A DNA stretch of 64,000 nucleotides from Terriglobia bacterium (GTDB lineage: Bacteria > Acidobacteriota > Terriglobia > Acidiferrales > UBA7541), in contig OY968796.1 of assembly GCA_963695545.1 (NCBI GenBank), forward strand, positions 3,424,001 to 3,488,000. Reading direction: 5' to 3'. Positions within the stretch are counted from its first letter, which is position 1. Each line of letters opens with the position of its first letter. The notes beneath the pieces are model-generated. The model was not told where the DNA came from, made no database searches, and was given only the letters and a program-made list of their open reading frames with translations. The position numbers and the translations under genes were made by a program. Of this stretch, positions 26,987 through 37,027 are shown piece by piece.

Positions 26987-27733
26987 ATGAGAATCCGAAC
27001 TAGCGGCAAAGCAGCGTGGCTTGCCGCCTTGGTCGTGTTGCTCGCGGTTTCCGGTTGCAAACATCCCGTGGCACAGGCTCCCGCGCCACCGCCCGCTCCG
27101 GCCCCGCCGCCGGCGCTGCCGACAGTCACGTTGTCGGCATCTTCGACGATGATTCAACAGGGACAGTCTTCGACGTTGACTTGGTCATCGACCAATGCCA
27201 CGACGCTGGCGATCGCGCCCGGCGTGGGAACGGTTGCGCCGGAAGGCACCTCGAACGTTTCGCCGACCGATTCGACGACATACACGATCACGGCAACTGG
27301 TCCTGGCGGAAGCGCCGATGCCAGCGCCCGCATCACGGTGACTGCGCCACCGCCGCCGCCCGCGCCTGCGCCCACCATGACGATCGAGGAAATGTTCGCG
27401 AACCAGGTGCAGGACGCCTACTTCGACCTCGATAGCGCGGACATCCGAGCGGATGCGCGCGCGGCGCTCGCGAAGACCGCCGACTTCCTCAAGGAGCATC
27501 CGGAAGTCAAAGTCGTCATCGAAGGCCATTGCGACGAGCGCGGTTCGACCGAATATAACCTGGCGCTGGGAGACCGGCGCGCCATGTCGGTGAAGAATTA
27601 CCTGGTATCACTGGGAATTCCCGCCGACCAATTGACGACCGTTAGCTACGGGAAAGAACGGCCGTTCTGTAGCGATCACGACGAAACCTGCTGGCAGCAA
27701 AATCGCCGCGGGCATTTCGTCCTGGCCAAGTAG
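26987..27733 (+). CDS. pal: Peptidoglycan-associated lipoprotein Pal with extra N-terminal beta domain
   Basis: Lipobox VSGC; OmpA-type domain IEGHCDERGSTEYNLALGDRRA…SYGKERP…NRR; RBS AGGAGG. Confidence 0.93.
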   Translation: MRIRTSGKAAWLAALVVLLAVSGCKHPVAQAPAPPPAPAPPPALPTVTLSASSTMIQQGQSSTLTWSSTNATTLAIAPGVGTVAPEGTSNVSPTDSTTYTITATGPGGSADASARITVTAPPPPPAPAPTMTIEEMFANQVQDAYFDLDSADIRADARAALAKTADFLKEHPEVKVVIEGHCDERGSTEYNLALGDRRAMSVKNYLVSLGIPADQLTTVSYGKERPFCSDHDETCWQQNRRGHFVLAK

Positions 27734-27750
27734 TTTCGACTGCGCGTTGA

Positions 27751-27779
27751 CGGGGAGGGCGGCGTGGCCGCCCTCCCCG
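27751..27779. terminator. Strong stem-loop between pal and cpoB
   Basis: CGGGGAGGGCGGC-GTG-GCCGCCCTCCCCG, a perfect 13-bp stem with only a short U tail; may be a partial terminator or an mRNA-stabilising hairpin. Confidence 0.6.
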
Positions 27780-27926
27780 ATTTCAACGCCACTGATGTAC
27801 TGGCGGGCTCCAGGTAGAGGCCGCACCCGACGGGGCGGTTTTGTGGATTTAGTTGCGGACACGATGACGCACAACGCAGGCTGACCGGATTCGATTCCCG
27901 ATCGGCCGCGAAGAAAGGAGATCGCA

Positions 27927-28871
27927 TTGCGCAAACAAACGATTGCATTGCTCGGCGCAGCCATGCTCGCGGGAGCACTGGGCGGTGCGCTGTTTTCGCC
28001 TGCTCCGGCCGAGGCCGTAGCCCGCGAGATCATTGAGCTACAGCAAAGCGTGACTCAGGTGCTGACGAACCAGCAGGCGCTCCAAACGCAGATGACGCAG
28101 AACGCGGCGGTGGAAAAAACGCTGCTCGATCAGGTAACGTCCACGATCAATTCGTTCAATTCCAGCATCGCCACGCTGCAGAAATCGGTGGAGGATTTGC
28201 AGGCCAACTCGGGATCGAGTCTCAGCACGATGGGAACTCAGGTGCAGGGCCTGGCCGATAACGTGGCCGACCTGCAAGCGCGCATCGGGAAACTCGATCA
28301 GAAACTGGCCGACGCGCAAAACACTTTGCAGTCGATCGACGCGCGGCTTGCCGGCGGTGCGCCGCCCACGACGACCGAACCAGGCGCGCCCGGGGCGCCG
28401 CCAGCTGATTCTGCACCGGGATCAGCTCCTCCCACATCAAGCGAGCCGGGAACGGCTCCTCCGGCCGCGATGGCGCCCGGCGCGCCTTCGGCCGACGTGC
28501 TCTATTCCAATGGACTGCGCGACCTGACCGGAAGGCAATACCAGCTGGCGACGCAGGAATTTCAAGACTACCTGAAGTATTACGGCGGGACGGACCTGGC
28601 TTCAAACGCGCAGTTCTATCTGGGCGAGATCGCCTATTCGCAGGGCAAGTTTCAGGACGCGGTGAATGCGTACTCGAAGGTAATTGAAAATTATCCGAAG
28701 AGCTTCAAGCTGGCGCCGGCGCATTTGAAAAAGGGACTCGCGCTGATCGAACTGAACCAGAAAACGAACGCGGAGCGCGAGCTGCGCGCCGTGGTGCGAT
28801 TGTTTCCCGGCACGGACGAAGAGCGCCGCGCCCGCGCCAAGCTGAAGGAACTCGGCGCGCCGGTAGCTTAA
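27927..28871 (+). CDS. cpoB: Tol-Pal system protein CpoB/YbgF
   Basis: Signal peptide, coiled coil, Pro-rich linker, TPR domain (ASNAQFYLGE…YPKS-x-K); directly after pal. Confidence 0.9.
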   Translation: MRKQTIALLGAAMLAGALGGALFSPAPAEAVAREIIELQQSVTQVLTNQQALQTQMTQNAAVEKTLLDQVTSTINSFNSSIATLQKSVEDLQANSGSSLSTMGTQVQGLADNVADLQARIGKLDQKLADAQNTLQSIDARLAGGAPPTTTEPGAPGAPPADSAPGSAPPTSSEPGTAPPAAMAPGAPSADVLYSNGLRDLTGRQYQLATQEFQDYLKYYGGTDLASNAQFYLGEIAYSQGKFQDAVNAYSKVIENYPKSFKLAPAHLKKGLALIELNQKTNAERELRAVVRLFPGTDEERRARAKLKELGAPVA

Positions 28872-28921
28872 GCCGGCGGCGCAGACCCGCGACATTTAGT
28901 TGTCTTGCGCCCACATGTTTA

Positions 28922-29749
28922 CTACGCACCTTCCGAAGGCAACCGCGCGCTGACGACAGGAACCATCCACACCGCGTATCCACGCGGATCGCGAATATTT
29001 GCGATCATCTGATTGAAATAGACGAGCGTCTCTTCGCGCGTGAAGGTCGTCAGCTGCGCGATCGATTCGGTGTAGCCATCGCGCCACGCTTCGATGATCG
29101 TCGCGAATGTCTCGCGGGGCACGCGGACTGTGTCCACGACCACAAAGTCGACCTTGATCTCCGCAAGATTCAGCGCGGCCAGTATCCCAAAAGTGTTGCG
29201 CCCGATGAATAGGTCCGTGCCCGTTCCCGAGCTGAAGCTCGGCGGCGCCGCGTGCCAGAAATCGCGCGGATCGAGGGCGCCGCGCTGGAAGTGAAGCATG
29301 CCGTAATCCTCGGGAATCAGGTGCACGTAGCCACCGCGGCGCGTAACGCGCGCGAGTTCGGCGATCACGCGGTCGGCGTAGGGGATCGAGTGGAGAACGT
29401 GGCGGCACACCGTGAGATTGAAGCTGCGATCCGCGGCGTCGAGCTCGAAGATGCTCTGATGCTCGAACGAGAGGCGCGGCGCGAGATTTTGATAGCGTGA
29501 TCGCCCCAAGGTCAGATGGTCGTCGACGATGTCCACTCCAAGCACGGTGGATCGCGGGAAAAGCTCGGCGAGTCGCGACGCTATCTCGCCCGTGCCACAG
29601 CCGGCATCGAGTATTCGAGGTTCCGCTGGGAGCGCATAGCGGCGAAATAGCTCAATTTCCTGCAGCCAAATGGCTCGCGCTTGCGCATCGAGATTGCGCA
29701 CCATGGACTCATCGGCCATCTGTTTTGCCTGCGGATTGAGATCGGTCAA
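28922..29749 (-). CDS. Class I SAM-dependent methyltransferase
   Basis: ILDAGCGTG motif [13 protein letters not shown]. Confidence 0.88.
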   Translation of the reverse strand: MTDLNPQAKQMADESMVRNLDAQARAIWLQEIELFRRYALPAEPRILDAGCGTGEIASRLAELFPRSTVLGVDIVDDHLTLGRSRYQNLAPRLSFEHQSIFELDAADRSFNLTVCRHVLHSIPYADRVIAELARVTRRGGYVHLIPEDYGMLHFQRGALDPRDFWHAAPPSFSSGTGTDLFIGRNTFGILAALNLAEIKVDFVVVDTVRVPRETFATIIEAWRDGYTESIAQLTTFTREETLVYFNQMIANIRDPRGYAVWMVPVVSARLPSEGA

Positions 29750-29898
29750 CTTATTCTCCCGGCGCAGCTCGCGCCGATTCTACACCGGACGCAGATTTGC
29801 GCCGTCGGCTGCGGCGTGCTATTTTTCTCTCGCGAACCTGCACGTCCCCCATCGCATCGAGCCGCCGATCGCGTCGAGCCCGAAGAAGGAGATGCACG

Positions 29899-30381
29899 AT
29901 GTCAGTCAACAAAGTGATTCTGGTTGGGCGTTTGGGGAAAGATCCCGAGACGCGCTTCACCTCCGGCGGCCAGGCGGTGTGCAATTTCACCATGGCCACC
30001 GATGAAACATACAAAGACCGCAACGGCGAGCGCCAGAAGCGCACGGAATGGCACCGAATTGTGCTGTGGGGCAAGCTCGCGGAGGTCGCGCAGCAATATC
30101 TGAAGAAGGGCCATCTGGTTTATATCGAAGGGCGCATTCAGCAGCGCCAGTGGGACGATACGAAAACGAACACGAAGCGCACTTCGTTCGACATCGTCGG
30201 CAACGTGATGCGCATGCTGACCTCGCGCGCGGAATCCGTGGCGGCGGGCGCGCGTTCGTCGGGCGGCGGATCGTATGGCGCGCCAAGCGGCGGAGGCGGC
30301 GGATTCGACGCGGAAGGCCCTGCTCCGCCGGTCGATGAGCCGGTCGGACCGGAAGTGACCGACGAAGACATTCCGTTTTAG
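29899..30381 (+). CDS. ssb: Single-stranded DNA-binding protein
   Basis: [24 protein letters not shown], Gly-rich linker, acidic tail DEDIPF. Confidence 0.97.
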   Translation: MSVNKVILVGRLGKDPETRFTSGGQAVCNFTMATDETYKDRNGERQKRTEWHRIVLWGKLAEVAQQYLKKGHLVYIEGRIQQRQWDDTKTNTKRTSFDIVGNVMRMLTSRAESVAAGARSSGGGSYGAPSGGGGGFDAEGPAPPVDEPVGPEVTDEDIPF

Positions 30382-30399
30382 CAGGCCATTTTCCACCGC

Positions 30400-31539
30400 G
30401 TGTTGCGCCGGCTGAATTTCCGGGTAGTGATCCTCATACTGCTGCTGGCAGGAGTGGCCGCGCGAGAAATCGCGGTCGAGCATCGACCGTCGCTTCTGCG
30501 GGCGGGCTCGCACCTCTATGCATATTCTGCGAGCGCGACGGACGGGACCGTGTCCGTGATGGACCTCGCGAGTCTCTCCACAATCGCGACTATTCCGGTC
30601 GGCCCCGCGCCCTCTGGCCTGCGCGCGCATCCAACGCGTGCGGAAATTTGGGGCGTGTCGACTGGGTCGCCTGGATCGCCTGGTTCCGGCGCGGTGTGGG
30701 TGCTCGACGCGCTTGCGAATCGTGTTTCGGCGAGAATTCCAGTCGGAGCCTCGCCATTCGCTTTGGATTTCTCGCCCGATGGGAAACGGGCGTACGTCGC
30801 CGCCTCCGGATCGAATCAACTCGTGGAGATTGACTGCGCGACGCGCGCGATCGTGGCGCGCGCACGAACCGGGGCACGGCCGTGGATGGCGCGCGTCACA
30901 CCGGACGGCCGCGAGGTTCTGGTGCCCAATCGCGACGACGGGACACTCGAGATATTCGACGCCGCGACGCTGGCTCCCGTGGCGACGGTCGGCGTGGCGA
31001 AAGATCCAGAGGAGGTCGCGGTGATGCTCGACAGTTCGGTCGCATTTGTCGCCGCTCCCGCTTCGCACCAAATTTCGGTGGTGGACCTGCGCCATCCGGC
31101 GCTCGATGCGAATCTCGATCTCGACGGCGCGCCATCGAGCCTCACGCTCAAACCCGATGGCGGCGAACTCTACGTCACCGTGCCGGATGCGCATGGCGTG
31201 GAAATCATTTACACCTGGACGATGGATGTGGGCGATTCGATGTTGCTGGGCTCGGCGCCGACGCAGGCCGTGGTTTCTGACGATGGCGGGACGCTGTTCG
31301 TAACCGATGCCTCGGCCGGGCGAGTTGCCGATGTGGCCATCGGAACCCGCGAGACTGCGGCACTAGTGGCCGCGGGGCGCGAGCCCGGCGCCTGCATTTT
31401 GGATCCGAGCGGAGATTTGCTGCTGGTGGCCGACGAGGAATCAAGCGACGTGGCCGTGATCGGCGTGCGCACCGCGAGCTTGCTGACGCTATTGCCCGTC
31501 GGCACGCGGCCGGTATCGCTGGCCGTCAAAATGTTTTGA
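30400..31539 (+). CDS. YncE/YVTN-type beta-propeller protein
   Basis: N-terminal TM or signal peptide; repeated IPVG-x-x-P…SPDG-x-x-x-YV blades. Confidence 0.85.
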   Translation: MLRRLNFRVVILILLLAGVAAREIAVEHRPSLLRAGSHLYAYSASATDGTVSVMDLASLSTIATIPVGPAPSGLRAHPTRAEIWGVSTGSPGSPGSGAVWVLDALANRVSARIPVGASPFALDFSPDGKRAYVAASGSNQLVEIDCATRAIVARARTGARPWMARVTPDGREVLVPNRDDGTLEIFDAATLAPVATVGVAKDPEEVAVMLDSSVAFVAAPASHQISVVDLRHPALDANLDLDGAPSSLTLKPDGGELYVTVPDAHGVEIIYTWTMDVGDSMLLGSAPTQAVVSDDGGTLFVTDASAGRVADVAIGTRETAALVAAGREPGACILDPSGDLLLVADEESSDVAVIGVRTASLLTLLPVGTRPVSLAVKMF

Positions 31540-31549
31540 TCACTTCCAC

Positions 31550-33745
31550 CTAATCCCAGCCGAAATTTTCGCGCCCGAGACGTACCTCAAGCGAACCGTC
31601 AGGCGGGAGCACATCGATCGGCAATCCCGCACGCCAAAGGCTGGCACCTATGCGAATGGTGTCGGCCTTGCCGCGAAGCACGAGGCTGCGCGCCACGCCG
31701 ACTTCGAGAATTCGATCGTAGGCTACCTTGACCAAAGGATCGGGGCCGAGCAAACAAAGGTCGCGCGTTTCCGCGCGGTAACCCATCAGCTTTCCTTTCT
31801 CGATAAAGGCGATGATGCGCAGTTCCTGATCGCCTTCGACAGTGACGCGCAGTTCGGCGTCGCGCATTTCGTCGGCCGCCTCGGGAAATGCATCCACGCG
31901 TACGTAAACCATTTGTTCATCGAAGCCATAGCGCAGCTCGTGCAGCACGGGCATGCGGCCGTGCATCGAACCGCCGCGCCGGTCGGCCGAATAGACGCCG
32001 GATCCCAGCCATTCGAAATATGATGATTCCCTTCCGTCAACGCGGACCTTGAGATACTCGGCTGGCGGAGTGGCCACGGCCGGCGCCGCCAGGCGCTTGA
32101 TCGGTTCGGCGAGTTCGTCCGGCGCCGCGGCGCCAAGCTCGCAATAGACGGTGGTGAGGAGTTTGCGAAACATCGCGTCGAACTCGGCGTCGTTCGCCGA
32201 ACTGTGCTCCGGGCCGTACCACCAGAACCAATCGCTGCCTTCAGCGGTCAGCAAAGATTCGTAGGCCGCCGCCAATTGCGCTTCGGTGGGAGCGCGACCG
32301 GCGCCTGTCGCGTGCGCCGCAGCGCGTTCCGCATAAAACGCGCGAGCCTCGCGCAATAGCTGCCAGCCCGCGACGTCTTCGCGGTGGCCGATCCACACAT
32401 CGAAATTCGCGCTGATCCACGACGCCGGAAAAATTCCCCTGTGTGTCTCGATGCCGGCCGCCGCTTTCGCGGCAGTAAGAGCTTCCGTCGCCGTAAGCGC
32501 GCGAATGTCCGTGTCGTTTTCGATGCGCCGGTAGAAATCGCGCAAGAAGGCTCGCCCGTTTGCCGGGTAATACTCCCAGGCGTTTTCGCCGTCGAGAATC
32601 AGCGAAACGGTGAGCGGGTGAGGCGACTGAATGCGCTCGCCGATCGCGCGCAGGCGCCGATGCAAATCGCCGGCGGCTTCGGCGGAATCCATTCGCGTAT
32701 AGACGAAGCCCACGAGATCGGAGAGATAGTGGTCGCGGAAAAAGCAAACGATCTCGCGGCCGTCCACACTCATTCGCCACGGAGCGTAGAGCTGCCTCGC
32801 GTTGTCCGGCACGCCCTCTCCGTCGCGACCAAAACCGATGTCGAGCGTGCGGCCCAGAACGCCTTCGTCGGTGGCCGCCCAAGTGAAGCCCAAATCCGCC
32901 GCAATGCCCAGCGCCTCGTTTGAAACCGAGCCCTCCGAAGGCCACAGGCCTTTTGGCGCTCGGCCGAAAACGCGCTCGTGATATTGGCGCGCGCGCAACA
33001 ATTGCTCGCGAGCGTCTTGTGGATAGCGGAATGCGGGAATCGGCAGCGGGGTCGCGGGATTCGAGACGCGCGCGATGTCCGTATCGCACAACAGCGGCAA
33101 GATCGGATGATAAAACGGTGTCGCGGAGATTTCGATCTGCCCGCGCTCAGCCGCTAAGCGATATTCGGGCAGAACCCGGCCGAGCAGCTCGAGTTGCTTC
33201 GCGCGCAGGACGGCTTTGTCCCGCTCGGTGTAATCGGATCCTTTGGCGGAAAGGCGCGCGATGTCCGGGTCGCTAGCCAGATACTCCTCGTCCATCCACG
33301 CGAGCTGCGAAAGGAATTGCAGATCGCGCCAATCGCGCAGGCCAAGCACCGCGGCGGAACGCTCCGTGCCTTGGGATTGAACCCTGTCAGCGAGCTCGAG
33401 GTAGCGCGGCCAGCGAGACATCAGGCGCTCGCGATTCAGTTGGAACGCGCGCAAAAGGATTTCCTGCTTCTGCTCCTCGCTCAGTGTTTCCGCCGGGGCG
33501 AACGCCGCGTCGAACCAGGGCTCGTCAAATTTTCCGCTCGCGTACTCTTCGAGCTGCATGCCGAGCGACGGCACCATGTTGAAGGTGGCGTGCACGCGCG
33601 GAAATTCGCCGAGCACGCGCACCATGCCCCAGTAATCTTTGGTGGCGTGCAGACGCGTCCAGGGCAGGACGTAACGGCCGCTCGAAGGGTCGCGGTACTG
33701 CGGCTGGTGCATGTGCCACAGGATCATGAGGTGGATACGGGTCAT
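31550..33745 (-). CDS. Glycoside hydrolase family 57 (amylopullulanase-like)
   Basis: WHMHQP, PFYHPILPLL, WPSEGS (Glu nucleophile), DGENAWE (Asp), AEGSDWFWW. Confidence 0.92.
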   Translation of the reverse strand: MTRIHLMILWHMHQPQYRDPSSGRYVLPWTRLHATKDYWGMVRVLGEFPRVHATFNMVPSLGMQLEEYASGKFDEPWFDAAFAPAETLSEEQKQEILLRAFQLNRERLMSRWPRYLELADRVQSQGTERSAAVLGLRDWRDLQFLSQLAWMDEEYLASDPDIARLSAKGSDYTERDKAVLRAKQLELLGRVLPEYRLAAERGQIEISATPFYHPILPLLCDTDIARVSNPATPLPIPAFRYPQDAREQLLRARQYHERVFGRAPKGLWPSEGSVSNEALGIAADLGFTWAATDEGVLGRTLDIGFGRDGEGVPDNARQLYAPWRMSVDGREIVCFFRDHYLSDLVGFVYTRMDSAEAAGDLHRRLRAIGERIQSPHPLTVSLILDGENAWEYYPANGRAFLRDFYRRIENDTDIRALTATEALTAAKAAAGIETHRGIFPASWISANFDVWIGHREDVAGWQLLREARAFYAERAAAHATGAGRAPTEAQLAAAYESLLTAEGSDWFWWYGPEHSSANDAEFDAMFRKLLTTVYCELGAAAPDELAEPIKRLAAPAVATPPAEYLKVRVDGRESSYFEWLGSGVYSADRRGGSMHGRMPVLHELRYGFDEQMVYVRVDAFPEAADEMRDAELRVTVEGDQELRIIAFIEKGKLMGYRAETRDLCLLGPDPLVKVAYDRILEVGVARSLVLRGKADTIRIGASLWRAGLPIDVLPPDGSLEVRLGRENFGWD

Positions 33746-33856
33746 CGCGGTTGTTTAGGTCCGCCCCTACGCGGCGCCCCACGCATTGCGCGGCGCGCGA
33801 GCAAGCGCGATGCGCACGCGATGCCGCGGTGCAACGTGCTAAAATCTCGGCCCGCG

Positions 33857-36196
33857 ATGCGTCCTGTGCTTCGGTTGATCGACCGGTACATCCTCCGCGA
33901 GGTTTTTTCGCACACGCTGTTGGGCCTGGCGGTTTTCACTTTCGTTTTTTTCGTTCCACAACTTGTCCGGCTGATGGATCTGGTGGTGCGGCACACCACC
34001 ACTTGGGGCGACGTCGGCGCGCTCTTCGTGTGCACCCTGCCCGGCATGCTGACGTTCACGCTGCCGATGGGTTTGCTGGTTGGCATGCTGATCGGCCTGG
34101 GCCGTCTCTCGGCAGATAGCGAACTCATCGCCATGAACGCCCTGGGCATGGGGCCTCGCAGCGTATTGGTTCCCGTGGGAATGCTGGCGTTCGCATTCAC
34201 GGCGATCACGGCGGTGCTCACCATTTGGATCGCGCCGGCCGCTGTGCACACGTATCGCTCCCTGCAAAATCGGATCGTCTCTTCACAGGCATCGTTCGAG
34301 GTAGAGCCGCGCGTTTTCGACGAGCGGTTTCCTCATCTCGTACTCTACGTTCAAGATGTCTCGGCGGTCGCCACCCGATGGCATGGCGTCTTCCTGGCGA
34401 GTACCGACCCGCAGCAGGATTCTCGCCTGACCTTGGCGGAAGAAGCGATTGTAATTGCCGACCCACAGCAGGGCAAGCTTGACTTGCACTTGCGCGACGG
34501 AAGCGTCCACCAAGTGGACGTCGCCGATCCCGATCACTACACGCTGAGCGCTTTCGGCCAACGCGATTGGCCGATTGACGCTTCGAGTCCCGATACCGAG
34601 CAAGCGCCCGTCCCAACGCTCGCCGAATTGCCGACCGCGGATCTGCTGGCGGGGCGCATTCCCTACCGCGGCGTCGATCGGGCGCTCGATGTGGTGCAAG
34701 CGCGCGTGGAGCTGGAACGCCGTTTCGCGTTCCCCGCCGCGTGCATCGCGTTTGCGCTGCTTGCGATTCCGCTGGGCTCGCGGCCGCGACGCGGCGGCCG
34801 CGCGGTCGGCGTGCTGATCACGCTGCTGCTGGTGAGCGCCTACTACGTGCTGTTTACGCTCGGGGCCGCGCTCGCCCGCGATGGGACGCTGCCGGCATGG
34901 GTCGGCATCTGGATGCCCAACGTTTTGGTCGCGGCCGTGGGCATGGCGCTCCTGCCGCGCATGGGAAGAATCGCAAGCGAGGGTCGGATCACCCGCGCCC
35001 TGGCCCGGATCGCGGAACGCCGCGCGGCCAAGAAAAAGTTTCAGGGGGCGGCCGGTGAAGCGTCGGCGATTCAGAAATCGCGCGTCCGGCCGAGGCGCGC
35101 AGGACTCGGTTCTGTGCTGGATTGGTATGTGCTCCGGGGCTTCCTGTTTTATTTCGTGCTGCTACTGGCGGGATTCATTCTGCTGTTCGAGACATTCACG
35201 TTCTTCGAACTCCTGGACGACATCACGCAACACCGCGTCGGCTGGATCGAGGTGCTGAACTATTTCCGCTTTCTGAGCATCTCGAACTTCTATCAATTCT
35301 CGCCGCTCGCCGCGCTCACCGCGGTGCTGGTCGCGCTCGGTGTGCTGGCGAAGAACAACGAGATCGTGGCTTTCAAAGCCGCCGGTATCAGCTTGTATCG
35401 CGTATCACTGCCTCTGCTCACTGTGGGACTGCTTCTGGCGGGTGGGCTAGTGGTGCTCGACGACACCTATCTTCCGTACGCCAACCAGCGCCAGGACGAA
35501 CTTTACAACGAGATCAAGGGCCGGCCGCCGCAAACCTACTTTTCTCCGCAGCACCAGTGGATCTTTGGCGAGAACTCGAAGATCTACAATTACGATCTGT
35601 TCGATTCCGACCACAATCTGTTCGGCGGCCTGAGCGTTTTTGAGCTCGACCCCACGACCTTCCAATTGCGCCGCCGCGTCTATGCCGCGCGCGCCCACTG
35701 GTTGGCGCAGCAGCACACCTGGATTCTCGAATCCGGCTGGATACGCGATTTTCAAGACGGACGCGTCACGAGCTACGTCCCATTCGTCGGCAATGCCCTG
35801 CCGGAGCTCGATGAGCCGCCCGACTATTTCAAGCGCGAGGTGCGCCAATCGAATCAGATGAATTGGCCGCAGCTGCGGCGCTACATCGACAGCCTCGAAC
35901 GCGCGGGCTTCGATGTGGCGCGCCTCTCCGTGCAGTTGTACAAGAAACTCGCGTTTCCTCTGATCGCGCCGATCATCATTTTGCTGGCGATTCCCTTCTC
36001 ACTTCTGGTCGGCACGCGCGGAGCCGTCGGCGGACTGGCGCTTGGCATCGGCATCGGCATTCTCTACTGGGCGGTTTCGGCGCTGTTTGAGGCCATGGGA
36101 GCGGTCGGCCAGTTGCCACCGTTCATGGCCGCGTGGTCTCCCGACTTTATTTTCGGATTTCTCGCTCTGTACTTTTTTCTTCGCATGCCGACATGA
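33857..36196 (+). CDS. lptFG: Fused LptF-LptG LPS export permease
   Basis: Two tandem permease modules (IDRYILRE…GRLSADSELIAM; LDWYVLR…LAKNNEIVAFKAAGIS) joined by a basic linker. ATG 33857. Confidence 0.92.
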   Translation: MRPVLRLIDRYILREVFSHTLLGLAVFTFVFFVPQLVRLMDLVVRHTTTWGDVGALFVCTLPGMLTFTLPMGLLVGMLIGLGRLSADSELIAMNALGMGPRSVLVPVGMLAFAFTAITAVLTIWIAPAAVHTYRSLQNRIVSSQASFEVEPRVFDERFPHLVLYVQDVSAVATRWHGVFLASTDPQQDSRLTLAEEAIVIADPQQGKLDLHLRDGSVHQVDVADPDHYTLSAFGQRDWPIDASSPDTEQAPVPTLAELPTADLLAGRIPYRGVDRALDVVQARVELERRFAFPAACIAFALLAIPLGSRPRRGGRAVGVLITLLLVSAYYVLFTLGAALARDGTLPAWVGIWMPNVLVAAVGMALLPRMGRIASEGRITRALARIAERRAAKKKFQGAAGEASAIQKSRVRPRRAGLGSVLDWYVLRGFLFYFVLLLAGFILLFETFTFFELLDDITQHRVGWIEVLNYFRFLSISNFYQFSPLAALTAVLVALGVLAKNNEIVAFKAAGISLYRVSLPLLTVGLLLAGGLVVLDDTYLPYANQRQDELYNEIKGRPPQTYFSPQHQWIFGENSKIYNYDLFDSDHNLFGGLSVFELDPTTFQLRRRVYAARAHWLAQQHTWILESGWIRDFQDGRVTSYVPFVGNALPELDEPPDYFKREVRQSNQMNWPQLRRYIDSLERAGFDVARLSVQLYKKLAFPLIAPIIILLAIPFSLLVGTRGAVGGLALGIGIGILYWAVSALFEAMGAVGQLPPFMAAWSPDFIFGFLALYFFLRMPT

Positions 36197-36260
36197 AAGG
36201 CGCGTGCGCGCTCAGCGGCGAGCCCGTTGCACGCGCGGCGTATTCCGGCGAACTCGATTT

Positions 36261-36881
36261 TCAGCGGGGAAGCAGCGAGCGGATCTTCTGAATCACCAGG
36301 TCGATACCCACTTCGTTCGAGCCGCCTTCGGGGATAATCACATCAGCGTGACGCTTTGAGGGCTCGATGAATTCCAAGTGCATCGGCCGAACCGTCTCGA
36401 GGTATTGCTTCACCACCGATTCTGGCGATCGGCCGCGCTCGCGGATGTCGCGCCCCATGCGGCGGATGAAGCGAATGTCGGCGGGGGTATCCACGAAAAT
36501 CTTGATGTCCATCAGGGCGCGCAGAGCGGCATTCTCGAAAATCAGGATTCCTTCGACAATCAGCGCGGGGCGCGGCTCCACGCGCTTGGTCTTTCCCGTT
36601 CGAGAGTGTTGTGAGAAATCGTAGATCGGTTGATCGACGACTTTCCCGGCGCGCAGTTGGCGAACCTGCTCGACGAGCAGGTCGCCATCGAGCGCGTTCG
36701 GATGGTCGAAATTTTGTTTGTGCCGTTCGTGAAGCGCGACATCCGAAAGGTCGCGGTAATAATTATCCTGCTGCAGAACGAGGGTTGTATCCGGCGGAAG
36801 CGCCGAAAAGATCCGCTCGGTGATCGTGGTCTTGCCCGAGCCGGTCCCGCCGCAGATTCCGATGACCAGCGCGTCAGGCAA
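36261..36881 (-). CDS. udk: Uridine kinase
   Basis: IGICGGTGSGKTT, QDNYY, NFDHP, IEPSKRHADVIIP. Confidence 0.96.
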   Translation of the reverse strand: MPDALVIGICGGTGSGKTTITERIFSALPPDTTLVLQQDNYYRDLSDVALHERHKQNFDHPNALDGDLLVEQVRQLRAGKVVDQPIYDFSQHSRTGKTKRVEPRPALIVEGILIFENAALRALMDIKIFVDTPADIRFIRRMGRDIRERGRSPESVVKQYLETVRPMHLEFIEPSKRHADVIIPEGGSNEVGIDLVIQKIRSLLPR

Positions 36882-37027
36882 ATGAGTCGCTCCAGCGTAG
36901 TAAGGCGCTGCTCACGGGCCCGATTGTGCCAGTCGGCCCGCCGACTGTCGAGATGACCGCGGCATGCGGCGCTGCCTCAACCATCTCGGCGGCGCCTTTG
37001 CGCGGCACGCCTATCGCCGCGGCTCGC

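Noticed and set aside
27752..27778. Converging KOPS-like GGGNAGGG octamers
   Set aside because: Fully explained as the two arms of the post-pal hairpin; the lineage's KOPS motif is unknown to me.
19459..30381. Integrated plasmid or prophage suggested by parAB + ssb
   Set aside because: Both are embedded among core genes with host-like codon usage; no rep, integrase, transfer or phage genes.
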